From assembly GCA_037045515.1 (NCBI GenBank), contig JBAOIC010000023.1, positions 7,093 through 71,092 on the forward strand: DNA of 64,000 nucleotides, given 5' to 3'. The DNA is from Chitinophagaceae bacterium (GTDB lineage Bacteria; Bacteroidota; Bacteroidia; Chitinophagales; Chitinophagaceae). Within the stretch, counting starts at the first letter, position 1; each line of letters opens with the position of its first letter. A model generated the notes under the pieces. The model worked only from the letters and a program-made list of their open reading frames with translations, did no database searches and was not told the origin of the DNA. A program made the position numbers and the translations under genes. Shown here one piece after another: positions 49,084-57,801 of this stretch.

Positions 49084-49743
49084 ATGAAAAAAATTTTGTA
49101 CTCGTTTATTGCATTTTTATTGGTGCTAGGAGGCTGTAAGAAAAACGACAGTGGAGGAACTTCTACTGATAATTATTTTCCTAGTACAGCAGGTTCTAAT
49201 TGGACTTATAAAATAACTACAGGAGGCACAACTAGTACTACTGTTAAATACACAGTAAGTAATAGAGATACAACTGCTGCAACAAGAAGTTATAAAGTAA
49301 TTGAGGGCAACAATGGCACCAACCAATACTACAACAAAACCAATAGCGATTATTATAATTTTAGAACGCTCAGTGGACAAGGATTGGAATTGTTGTTTTT
49401 AAAAGATGATAAAGAAGTGAATGGCACTTGGAATACTTCTCAAATATTAACAGGTTTAACAGGTTTACCTGGAGGTATCACATCTGCAACAGTAAATATA
49501 GTTTACACCGTTAAAGAAAAAGGTAGTACAAAAGTTGTAAGTGGAACAACTTATAGCAATGTAATTAAAGTAGAAGCTACATTGAGTGCAGCTGCATCTA
49601 TTTTAACTTTACCATTGGGTACAGCAGAATTTTATTTTGCAAAAAATATTGGTATTGTTGAAAGTAAAATTTTATTGTCGAACTCTACTTTAGGATTTAG
49701 TTTAGATGAAAAGTACGAGCTACAGAGCTACGAAATTAAGTAG
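49084..49743 (+). CDS. hypothetical lipoprotein
   Basis: 219 aa. Lipobox LVLGGC. Confidence 0.55.
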   Translation: MKKILYSFIAFLLVLGGCKKNDSGGTSTDNYFPSTAGSNWTYKITTGGTTSTTVKYTVSNRDTTAATRSYKVIEGNNGTNQYYNKTNSDYYNFRTLSGQGLELLFLKDDKEVNGTWNTSQILTGLTGLPGGITSATVNIVYTVKEKGSTKVVSGTTYSNVIKVEATLSAAASILTLPLGTAEFYFAKNIGIVESKILLSNSTLGFSLDEKYELQSYEIK

Positions 49744-50725
49744 TACTGTTGTGTTTTTTATTGCTTAAAACATTGGTTAACGTCCATTCTACTTTTTGTT
49801 GGAATGGACGTTTTCTTTGTACACAATCTAACTTACTGCAAATGGTACAACTAAAATCTAAGCAACCATCGGTATGCACAAAAAACTCTACAGTATTACC
49901 AAAGTTGTTTGATATAAGTTCAGTTAATTCATCAATTTCTTTGTGAGCTTCGTTAATATTTAAAAACCAAGGCAATGTTAAATGACAATCAATATGCAAT
50001 AAACTACCATATTTAATTACACGTAAATTGTGCAAATCAATCCAATTTTCTTTTCTGTTGGCGTTTAATAATGTTACCAATTTTTCAAGTAAAGCAGTAT
50101 CGGCTTCGTCCATAATTCCTGCTAACGATGCCCTTATAATTTTATAACCATTGTATAAAATAATAAAGCTTAAAACAAAAGCAATTGCTTTATCTAACCA
50201 AAACAATTTTGTGTACAACATAAGCAAAATGCCCACAATAACGGCTACAGTTGAATAGGTGTCTATTTGCAAATGTTTTCCACTTGATGTGAGTGCTAAT
50301 GAATTATTTTTTTTACCAATTGCAACACAAATTGTACCTGCTATAAAATTAACAATGGCAGTACTTGCAATTAACCAAATACCAACATCTAAACGCTGTA
50401 CATGTGTGGGTGTAAAAAATGTTTCTATGGTTTGATAAATAATAAAAAGGCCTGCAGTAATAATTAAAGTACCTTCTACAGCTGCCGAAACAAACTCAGC
50501 TTTTCCGTGCCCATACGGATGATCTTGATCTTTTGGTTTGGCTGCAACAAACAATGCAAATAAGCCAATAAAGCCTGCCATCATATTTACAATACTTTCC
50601 AATGCATCTGTTAAAATAGCCAAGGAATGGGTATAAGAATAAGCCACAATCTTTACAACAAACAATACTACACTTAGCAAAGTAATAATAAGTTGTACTT
50701 TAAAATTTTGTTGGGCTTTTTGCAA
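49736..50725 (-). CDS. cation diffusion facilitator (CDF) family transporter
   Basis: 329 aa. SLAILTDALESIVN, HPYGHGKAEF, 6 TM plus a cytoplasmic domain with a C-terminal Cys cluster. Confidence 0.85.
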   Translation of the reverse strand: MQKAQQNFKVQLIITLLSVVLFVVKIVAYSYTHSLAILTDALESIVNMMAGFIGLFALFVAAKPKDQDHPYGHGKAEFVSAAVEGTLIITAGLFIIYQTIETFFTPTHVQRLDVGIWLIASTAIVNFIAGTICVAIGKKNNSLALTSSGKHLQIDTYSTVAVIVGILLMLYTKLFWLDKAIAFVLSFIILYNGYKIIRASLAGIMDEADTALLEKLVTLLNANRKENWIDLHNLRVIKYGSLLHIDCHLTLPWFLNINEAHKEIDELTELISNNFGNTVEFFVHTDGCLDFSCTICSKLDCVQRKRPFQQKVEWTLTNVLSNKKHNSTT

Positions 50726-50885
50726 AACAGGTATTTTGTTTTACAAAAATAAGCTTTGAAATGAAGAAGCTAGAAATGATAATTCAACACCCACACACAT
50801 GAAAAAAATAATTTACTATTTATAAATTGGTTAACAATGTTTCGTTTAAAATTGTGGTCTTGTTAATTCACCAAAAAAAATATGT

Positions 50886-51605
50886 ATGAAAAAAATGTTA
50901 CTTATTGCAATTGGAAGCCTAAGTATTGGATTTGCCAATGCACAATTTACACAAGGCCAAAAATTAATTGGACCAAGTTTAAGTTTTAATACCAATAACT
51001 CAACTGAAAAAAACAATTACAGCCAACCCATTTACGAAAGAAAAGAAAATGCTACTTCAATTGGTTTGGGATTTAGTGCTTTAAAATTTATCTCATCAAA
51101 GAAAGCTAATGGTTGGAAATTGAATTATACATTCTCAAATTTTAAAAACACAACTGAAGCACTAAATTCAACGCCTATTAATTTTGGAAAAAATATTCGA
51201 AATATTCATGAAGTTGGCATAGGCTATGTTACAAGAAACTTTATTCAAATAAAACCCAAATTAAACTTTTATTATGATGTTATACTTTATGGCAACTATA
51301 ATCTTGGAGAATCAGTAAACGAAAGCACACTAGCTCCTTCAAATAATTATACATCGACCAATAATGGTTATGGTATTAGTGTTTATATAACACCTGGATT
51401 TACTTATCAGTTAAAGAAAAATTTAATTTTAGATGCTGCATTAAATAGTATTGGCAGTATTGGTTACTTCAATAATAAAGAAACAAGTAACGATTTTGCA
51501 CTTAACAATTACGAAAGAAAATATTCTGGTTTTAACGCAAGCTCCTCTTTAACAGCAGGTAGTTTATTAAGCAACTTTTGGTTTAGCATTAAATGGATTC
51601 GATAA
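50886..51605 (+). CDS. hypothetical outer-membrane beta-barrel-like protein
   Basis: 239 aa, signal peptide, alternating beta pattern, terminal aromatic residue. Confidence 0.5.
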   Translation: MKKMLLIAIGSLSIGFANAQFTQGQKLIGPSLSFNTNNSTEKNNYSQPIYERKENATSIGLGFSALKFISSKKANGWKLNYTFSNFKNTTEALNSTPINFGKNIRNIHEVGIGYVTRNFIQIKPKLNFYYDVILYGNYNLGESVNESTLAPSNNYTSTNNGYGISVYITPGFTYQLKKNLILDAALNSIGSIGYFNNKETSNDFALNNYERKYSGFNASSSLTAGSLLSNFWFSIKWIR

Positions 51606-51610
51606 AAATA

Positions 51611-51640
51611 AAGAGGGCATTCAACATTGAATGCTCTCTT
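51611..51640. terminator. hairpin between convergent genes
   Basis: AAGAGGGCATTCAA-CA-TTGAATGCTCTCTT. Confidence 0.55.
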
Positions 51641-51658
51641 TATACTTCTATATTTTAA

Positions 51659-52397
51659 TTACTTTTTTCTATATTCATTAAAGCGTTGCTCAACATAATT
51701 CCAGTTTACAATTTTCCAAAAATTGGCCAGCATAATCGGCACGTTTATTTTGATACTTTAAATAATATGCATGTTCCCAAACATCTAAACCCAATAAAGG
51801 AAAGCCTTTAACTTCTGCAACATCCATTAATGGATTGTCTTGATTTGGGGTTGACGTAACTCCAAGTTTTCCATTCTCATCAACAATTAACCAAGCCCAA
51901 CCACTACCAAATCTTGTTTTGGCGGCATCGCTAAATTGTGTTTTAAACTTTTCTAAAGAACCAAAATTTTCTTCAATTGCTTTTGCCAATTTACCAGTTG
52001 GTTGTTCTGTAGATTTTGGGGTTAAACTTTGCCAAAACATTTCATGGTTATAATGGCCACCTGCATTGTTTCGCATCTTTGTTGAGTAGGTAGAAATTTC
52101 ACTTAATAAAGTTGGCAAATCATCCATACCTGCTTTTTTATATTCTGCCTTAAATGCATCTACTAAATTTTTAGCATAGCCTGCAGCATGTTTGGTATAA
52201 TGAATTTCCATTGTTGTTGCATCTATAAAAGGCTCTAAAGCATTGTATGCATAAGGCAATGGTTGTTGAACAAGTGTAATAACTCCTTGTAGATGATTTG
52301 TTGTAGTTGCTTTTAGTAAAGATGGGGCAATTACCAACCCCAATCCAATTTTGGCTGTGTTGCCAATAAACGATCTTCGATCTATTGATTTTTTCAT
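51659..52397 (-). CDS. Fe/Mn superoxide dismutase with a twin-arginine (Tat) signal; single 1-nt insertion near the 3' end
   Basis: Reads MKKSIDRRSFIGNTAKIGLGLVIAPSLLKA, then [25 protein letters not shown]-like ... GLDVWEHAYYLKYQNKRADY. Removing 1 nt near 51726 restores ...GNFWKIVNWNYVEQRFNEYRKK* ending at 51659. Confidence 0.85.
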
Positions 52398-52432
52398 TGT
52401 GTGTATATTTTATGAATGAACAATTGAGCTTT

Positions 52433-53888
52433 TTACAGCTCATCTTTTACAATTTGTTTCTTACTTTTTAATTGCTGAAAGTAAGTTCTTACTACATTGA
52501 AAGTACGATAATAAAACTCTTGATTGAATAACTGAGAATCTCTCATGGCTTTATATATCAAGAAAAAGCTGATAGGAATTAATACCATTGTGCTTAACCA
52601 CATTCCTACAAATGGCGTTGTTACCGATTCTTTTACAAACTTCTCGCCAAAAGTGTTGAATAAATGAAAAATTACAAAAAACACAATAGAAAAAACCAAC
52701 GGCATTCCCAAACCACCTTTTCTAATAATAGAGCCCAAGGGTGCTCCTATTAAAAAAAGTACCAAACAAGCAAAGCTGAGTGTGAACTTTCTATGCCATT
52801 CAATTTCGTGATAACGCAATGATTTGTTTTTAGCAAGATATTCATCAGCCATTATACCAACACTATTTTTTACTAAAGCTATTTGATTGATGGCTCTATC
52901 ATAAACTGTTGCTTTTAATGTATCGGGAATGGCTTTAAAAAAAGAATCGGGTAAATGTTGAACATTTATTTTACTTGACGCAAAGCTGCTGTCTTTATAC
53001 TTTACAAAAGCCATTAAAGGTGATAGTCCCTTTACTGCTATTGTTTCAAACTTTTTGTTGTTTCGTTTTAACGAATCTATAGTTGTGTTTAATTGCCTTA
53101 CACTAAGCATTTTTGGATCGTATCTAAAACTAGAATCTGCAGTTTGGTTCATTTGAAAAGTACTTAAATCAAATATTTTTTTGTACTCTTTAAATCCCAA
53201 ACGTATATAATCTGTTTGCTTGCTTTGTCTTCGGCCTTTTTCTTCATATCGCCAACCATTTCTTAAAATAAATTCTAAAAACTTTTTATCGCCTGTAACC
53301 CTCATAATGCCACTATCGGCAATCATAATATTATCTTGAAGCCCATATTTTCTTTCAAAAATTACAATTTTCCGAATGGTGCTATCATCTTTTTCTTTCT
53401 TACCAATTTTTATGGTAAAATCTTTTATCTGGTTGTAGAAAGCTCCTTCTTTAATATCAAAAGCTGGTTTGGCAACTATAATATCATATTTTAAAGTTGC
53501 CAATTTTAGTTGTGCAACTGGTATAATATTGTTGGCAAATACAAATGCAACACCTGTAACCAACAATGCAGTTACAAGCAATGGCCTCATAAAACGCAAC
53601 AAAGGAATTCCAGCACTTTTAATAGCCACCAATTCAAATGTTTCTCCAAGGTTACCAAACGTCATAATTGAAGAGAGTAACATGGCCAAAGGCAATGCTA
53701 AAGGAACAGCAGTAGCAGAAACATACATAATTAATTTTAGCATGGTAACTCCATCAATTCCTTTCCCTACTAAATCATCTATGTACAGCCAAAAAAATTG
53801 CATTACCAATACAAACAACGAAATTAAAAAAGTGGCAAAAAGAAGGAATGAAGGAACGAAGAATTAATGTATCGAGTTTTTTTATCAC
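52433..53888 (-). CDS. LptF/LptG-family LPS export permease; single 1-nt insertion near the 5' end
   Basis: GTG at 53888 reads (M)IKKLDTLILRSFI. Dropping 1 nt near 53846 continues LLFATFLISLFVLVMQFFWLYIDDLVGKG... Confidence 0.8.
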
Positions 53889-53927
53889 TTTGTCTTTTCT
53901 TTACAATACCTGTTTAAATAATAATGT

Positions 53928-54527
53928 ATGGCAAATGTAAAACTTTCAATAGCAGAAATAGAATTGATGAATAATGCAACCATTATTTTAACAAAGAACA
54001 AAATTATACAAGAGGTGTACAATTTATTTGGAACATTGGCCAATACCTATTCTATACAAGTTAAAAACAGCCATTCACTATTGCAAGAAGTGTATGCAGT
54101 GGCTCCAAAAATTTCTAAAGGCGAAAACTATGAAGGCTTGCCTTGGGTAATGTTAGATTATCCTAGATATTTTACCAAGCAAAACACTTGTGCTATTAGA
54201 ACATTTTTTTGGTGGGGCAATTTTGCCAGTATTACCTTACAATTAAATGGAGCTACTGCACAACACGTAAAAAATAAATTACAACAAAACTTAAGCCCTA
54301 CAAGTGTTATAGACGATATGCCTTGGATGCTTTGTTGCAACAACACACAATGGGAGCATCATTTTAGAGAAGACAATTATAAACCTCTCAGCAATTTTAC
54401 CAAAACAGAAATAGAGGATTTGCAATTTATAAAGTTGGCAAAAAAAATCCCACTACAGGAGTGGGACAATTTTGAATATTTTTTTACTGAACAATTTGCA
54501 CAGTTATTAAAATTATTAGCTTCCTAA
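53928..54527 (+). CDS. hypothetical protein
   Basis: Intact 199-aa ORF. No family recognised. Confidence 0.5.
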   Translation: MANVKLSIAEIELMNNATIILTKNKIIQEVYNLFGTLANTYSIQVKNSHSLLQEVYAVAPKISKGENYEGLPWVMLDYPRYFTKQNTCAIRTFFWWGNFASITLQLNGATAQHVKNKLQQNLSPTSVIDDMPWMLCCNNTQWEHHFREDNYKPLSNFTKTEIEDLQFIKLAKKIPLQEWDNFEYFFTEQFAQLLKLLAS

Positions 54528-54899
54528 ACGATGAAACAATTCTTTCATTTGATATTCCCATAATTGGGTTTGATCTTTAATATCGTTCTTCTCTGCAAAA
54601 TCAGAAATTACTAAAATCGTTTGATTAGAAATTTCAGTTTTCATAACTCTAAATTCAAAGTATTCCGTTTTTTCGCCATGCAACCAACGGTATCTAATAA
54701 ATTTATTTTCTTCTTGTTCTACAACAACTGCTTTATCAGGTGTTCCGCCATTCCAACTAAAACTCAACACACCTTCCCACTCATCTATTTTATCTGCAAA
54801 CCATTCTTGTAATCCTGTAGTTGTACTCAAGAATTCAAAAAGTATAGATGGTGAACATCTTACTTTAAATTCTACAGTAAATAATTGTTTTTTACTCAT
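54516..54899 (-). CDS. START/AHSA1-like (SRPBCC) domain protein
   Basis: Start taken at MSKKQLFTVEFKVRCSPSILFEFLSTTTGLQEWFADKI (54899). Confidence 0.6.
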   Translation of the reverse strand: MSKKQLFTVEFKVRCSPSILFEFLSTTTGLQEWFADKIDEWEGVLSFSWNGGTPDKAVVVEQEENKFIRYRWLHGEKTEYFEFRVMKTEISNQTILVISDFAEKNDIKDQTQLWEYQMKELFHRLGS

Positions 54900-55172
54900 T
54901 TCAAAATCTTTAATCCTAAATGTATAGCTGCAATAATAACAATAAATAGCAACCAACCAAATGTTTTTTATCAGAAAGCCAAATTCAATAACATAAAAAC
55001 CCAAAAAGCATTCTTGTACTCAACCAATATCGAATAAATATTTTCAGCTAATTTGCTATAAGTTAACTAAATTGCTACTTGTAGAGTTAGTTATTGAGAG
55101 ACGCCTTCAAGAATACTATTCCTTTTTTACAATATTCCATACTACTAAACAACCAAACTAAACTCAATAGTT

Positions 55173-56045
55173 ATGAGTATGCGTCAACTCAAAATTTCAA
55201 AAAGCATCACCAATCGTGAGAGCCAAAGTTTAGAAAAATATTTACAAGAAATTGGAAAGGTTGAATTAATTAGTGCAGAGTTAGAAGCTCAACTTGCAGT
55301 TAATATTAGACAGGGTTGTCAAAAATCGTTAGACAGATTGGTAAAAAGTAACCTACGTTTTGTGGTTTCAGTAGCCAAACAATACCAAAATCAAGGGTTA
55401 TCGTTGCCCGATTTAATTAATGAAGGAAATTTAGGACTGATAAAATCAGCCATTCGTTTTGATGAAACAAGGGGCTTTAAATTTATTTCTTACGCCGTTT
55501 GGTGGATTAGGCAAAGCATTTTACAAGCATTGGCCGAACAAAGCAGAATTGTACGATTGCCATTGAATAAAGTTGGTTTATCCAATCGCATTAGCAAAGC
55601 CTATCAACAATTAGAACAAGAGTTTGAAAGAGAACCAACCGCTGAAGAATTGGCAGAACTGTTACATGAACCATTGGATGAAATTACAGCAACATTAAGT
55701 GTTTCAACAAAACATATAAGCATGGATTCTCCTTTAGGTGATGGAGAAGATGCAACCATGGCCGATTTAATGTTTAACCCCAATGATGCCAAAACCGATG
55801 ATCAACTAGTTCATTACGAATCGTTAAAAACCGAAATTGAACGAAGTTTAAAAACCTTAACCGATCGCCAAAAAAGTGTATTGTGTTATTTTTTTGGTAT
55901 AGGAATAGATCATGCACTAAGCTTAGAAGATATTGGCGATAGATTTCATTTAACCAGAGAAAGGGTTAGGCAAATAAAAGATAAAGCAATTACCAAACTA
56001 AGAAATACAAGTCGTTGTAAACAATTGAAAGTGTATTTAGGGTAA
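55173..56045 (+). CDS. rpoD: primary RNA polymerase sigma factor (sigma-70 family, Bacteroidota SigA/RpoD)
   Basis: 290 aa. [55 protein letters not shown], region 4 [14 protein letters not shown]. Confidence 0.92.
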   Translation: MSMRQLKISKSITNRESQSLEKYLQEIGKVELISAELEAQLAVNIRQGCQKSLDRLVKSNLRFVVSVAKQYQNQGLSLPDLINEGNLGLIKSAIRFDETRGFKFISYAVWWIRQSILQALAEQSRIVRLPLNKVGLSNRISKAYQQLEQEFEREPTAEELAELLHEPLDEITATLSVSTKHISMDSPLGDGEDATMADLMFNPNDAKTDDQLVHYESLKTEIERSLKTLTDRQKSVLCYFFGIGIDHALSLEDIGDRFHLTRERVRQIKDKAITKLRNTSRCKQLKVYLG

Positions 56046-56079
56046 AACCAATACTGCTATTATATTTGCACCTCATTTT

Positions 56080-56108
56080 AAAGTGAACTTTAAAAGTTCA
56101 CTTTTTTA
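56080..56108 (+). terminator. rho-independent terminator of rpoD
   Basis: AAAGTGAAC-TTTAAAA-GTTCACTTT followed by a T run. Confidence 0.75.
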
Positions 56109-56127
56109 TTGAAATAAAACGAACACT

Positions 56128-57451
56128 ATGTTTAGTAATTTATCAGAACGATTAGAAAGTGCCTTTAAAAACCTAAAAGGCGAAGCCAGAATTAATGATC
56201 TTAACGTTGCCAATACAATTAAAGATATTAGACGTGCATTAATTGATGCCGACGTAAACTTTAAAATTGCCAAAGAATTTACCGATAAAGTAAAGGAAAA
56301 AGCAACTGGAGAAAAAGTGCTAAATGCTGTAAGTCCGGGGCAATTAATGGTAAAAATTGTGCAGGATGAATTAACTGAATTAATGGGTGGACAACCTGCA
56401 GAATTTAATATTACAGGTAACCCAGCAGTTATTTTAATTGCAGGTTTACAAGGTAGTGGTAAAACTACTTTTACAGGTAAATTAGCTACCTATTTAAAAA
56501 ATCAAAAGAAAAGTCCATTAGTTGTTGCAGCAGATATTTATAGACCTGCGGCCATAGATCAATTAACTGTTTTAGCTGAGCAAATTGGTGTACCTATTTA
56601 TGCTGAAAGAGAAAATAAAGATGTAGTTGCTATTGCATTAAATGCCATTAAAGAAGCTAAAGCAACCAATAAAAATGTAGTAATTATAGATACTGCAGGC
56701 CGTTTAGCTGTTGATGAAGTAATGATGACGGAAGTTGCCAATATTAAAGCTGCTGTTAACCCAACCGAAATTTTATTTGTTGTAGATAGTATGACAGGGC
56801 AAGATGCTGTAAACACAGCAAAAGCCTTTAATGATAGACTAGATTTTAGTGGTGTTGTATTAACCAAATTAGATGGTGATACAAGAGGTGGTGCTGCATT
56901 AACCATTAAATACACGGTAAATAAGCCTATTAAGTTTATGAGTAGTGGCGAAAAGATGGACACATTGGATGTGTTTTATCCCGATCGTATGGCTCAACGA
57001 ATTTTAGGAATGGGTGATATTGCTTCTTTAGTAGAAAAAGCACAACTACAATACGATGAAGAAGCTGCAAAAAAACTAGAAAAGAAAATTAGAAAAAATC
57101 AATTTGATTTTCAAGATTTCTTAGACCAGTTACAGCAAATTAAAAAAATGGGTAACCTAAAAGATTTAATGGGCATGATACCGGGTGTTGGCAAAGCCAT
57201 TAAAGATGTTGATGTTAGACAATGATAGTTTTAAAGGTATTGAAGCCATTATTAAAAGTATGACTCCCGAAGAAAGAGCTAACCCAGATTTAATTGATGT
57301 AAAGCGTAAAACTCGTATTGCTAAAGGCTGTGGTAAGGATATGAACGATGTAAATGCCTTTATGAAACAGTTTGAGCAAATGAAAAAAATGATGAGCATG
57401 ATGAATAAAATGCCCATGGGTGGTTTTCCTGGAATGAAGGGAATGAAATAA
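56128..57451 (+). CDS. ffh: signal recognition particle protein Ffh; single inserted A near 57217
   Basis: Reads [22 protein letters not shown]..., [25 protein letters not shown]. The two ORF-track pieces (56128..57225, 57185..57451) join as ...[29 protein letters not shown]... Confidence 0.92.
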
Positions 57452-57469
57452 GATTTAAGCAAAATACTG

Positions 57470-57513
57470 CAAATAAAAAAGGTCTGTGAATGTTGATTTT
57501 TATCAAAACATTT
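57470..57513 (+). repeat. left copy of a roughly 45-bp direct repeat (includes the 5' half of the ffh terminator)
   Basis: CAAATAAAAAAGGTCTGTGAATGTTGATTTTTATCAAAACATTT. Compare with 60322-60366. Confidence 0.85.
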
Positions 57514-57524
57514 ACAGACCTTTT
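57481..57524 (+). terminator. rho-independent terminator of ffh
   Basis: GGTCTGTGAATGTT-(12 nt)-AACATTTACAGACC followed by TTTT. Confidence 0.8.
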
Positions 57525-57561
57525 AGTTTTATTTAACCTCAGAATTTATACGTTCTGCTAC

Positions 57562-57797
57562 TTTGTGTTCTTTGTGCCTTTGTGGTTTAACTTCTACCGC
57601 AGAGATAGAGAGACGCAAAGTTTTTCTCCTTGTGCTATTTTGTGTTCTTTGTGCCTTTGTGGTTTAACTTTTACAACAGAGACAGAGAGACGCAAAGTTT
57701 TTATCGTTGTGTTTCTTTTGTGTTCTTTGTGCCTTTGTGGTTTATATTTTACCGCAGAGACAGAGAGACGCAAAGTTTTCTTATGCCTTTGTGGTTA
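57562..57797 (+). repeat. tandem repeat, 3 full units of 77-78 bp plus a 14-nt partial unit
   Basis: Units start at 57562, 57639 and 57717. The shared core is TTTGTGTTCTTTGTGCCTTTGTGGTTTA...CAGAGA(T/C)AGAGAGACGCAAAGTTTT. The partial unit GCCTTTGTGGTTA lies at 57785-57797. Confidence 0.9.
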
Positions 57798-57801
57798 ATA
57801 A

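Noticed and set aside
57562-57797. Possible CRISPR array.
   Set aside because: - The units are contiguous 77-78-bp repeats with no unique spacers of comparable length.
- Only about 3 copies are present.
- No cas genes occur anywhere in the window.
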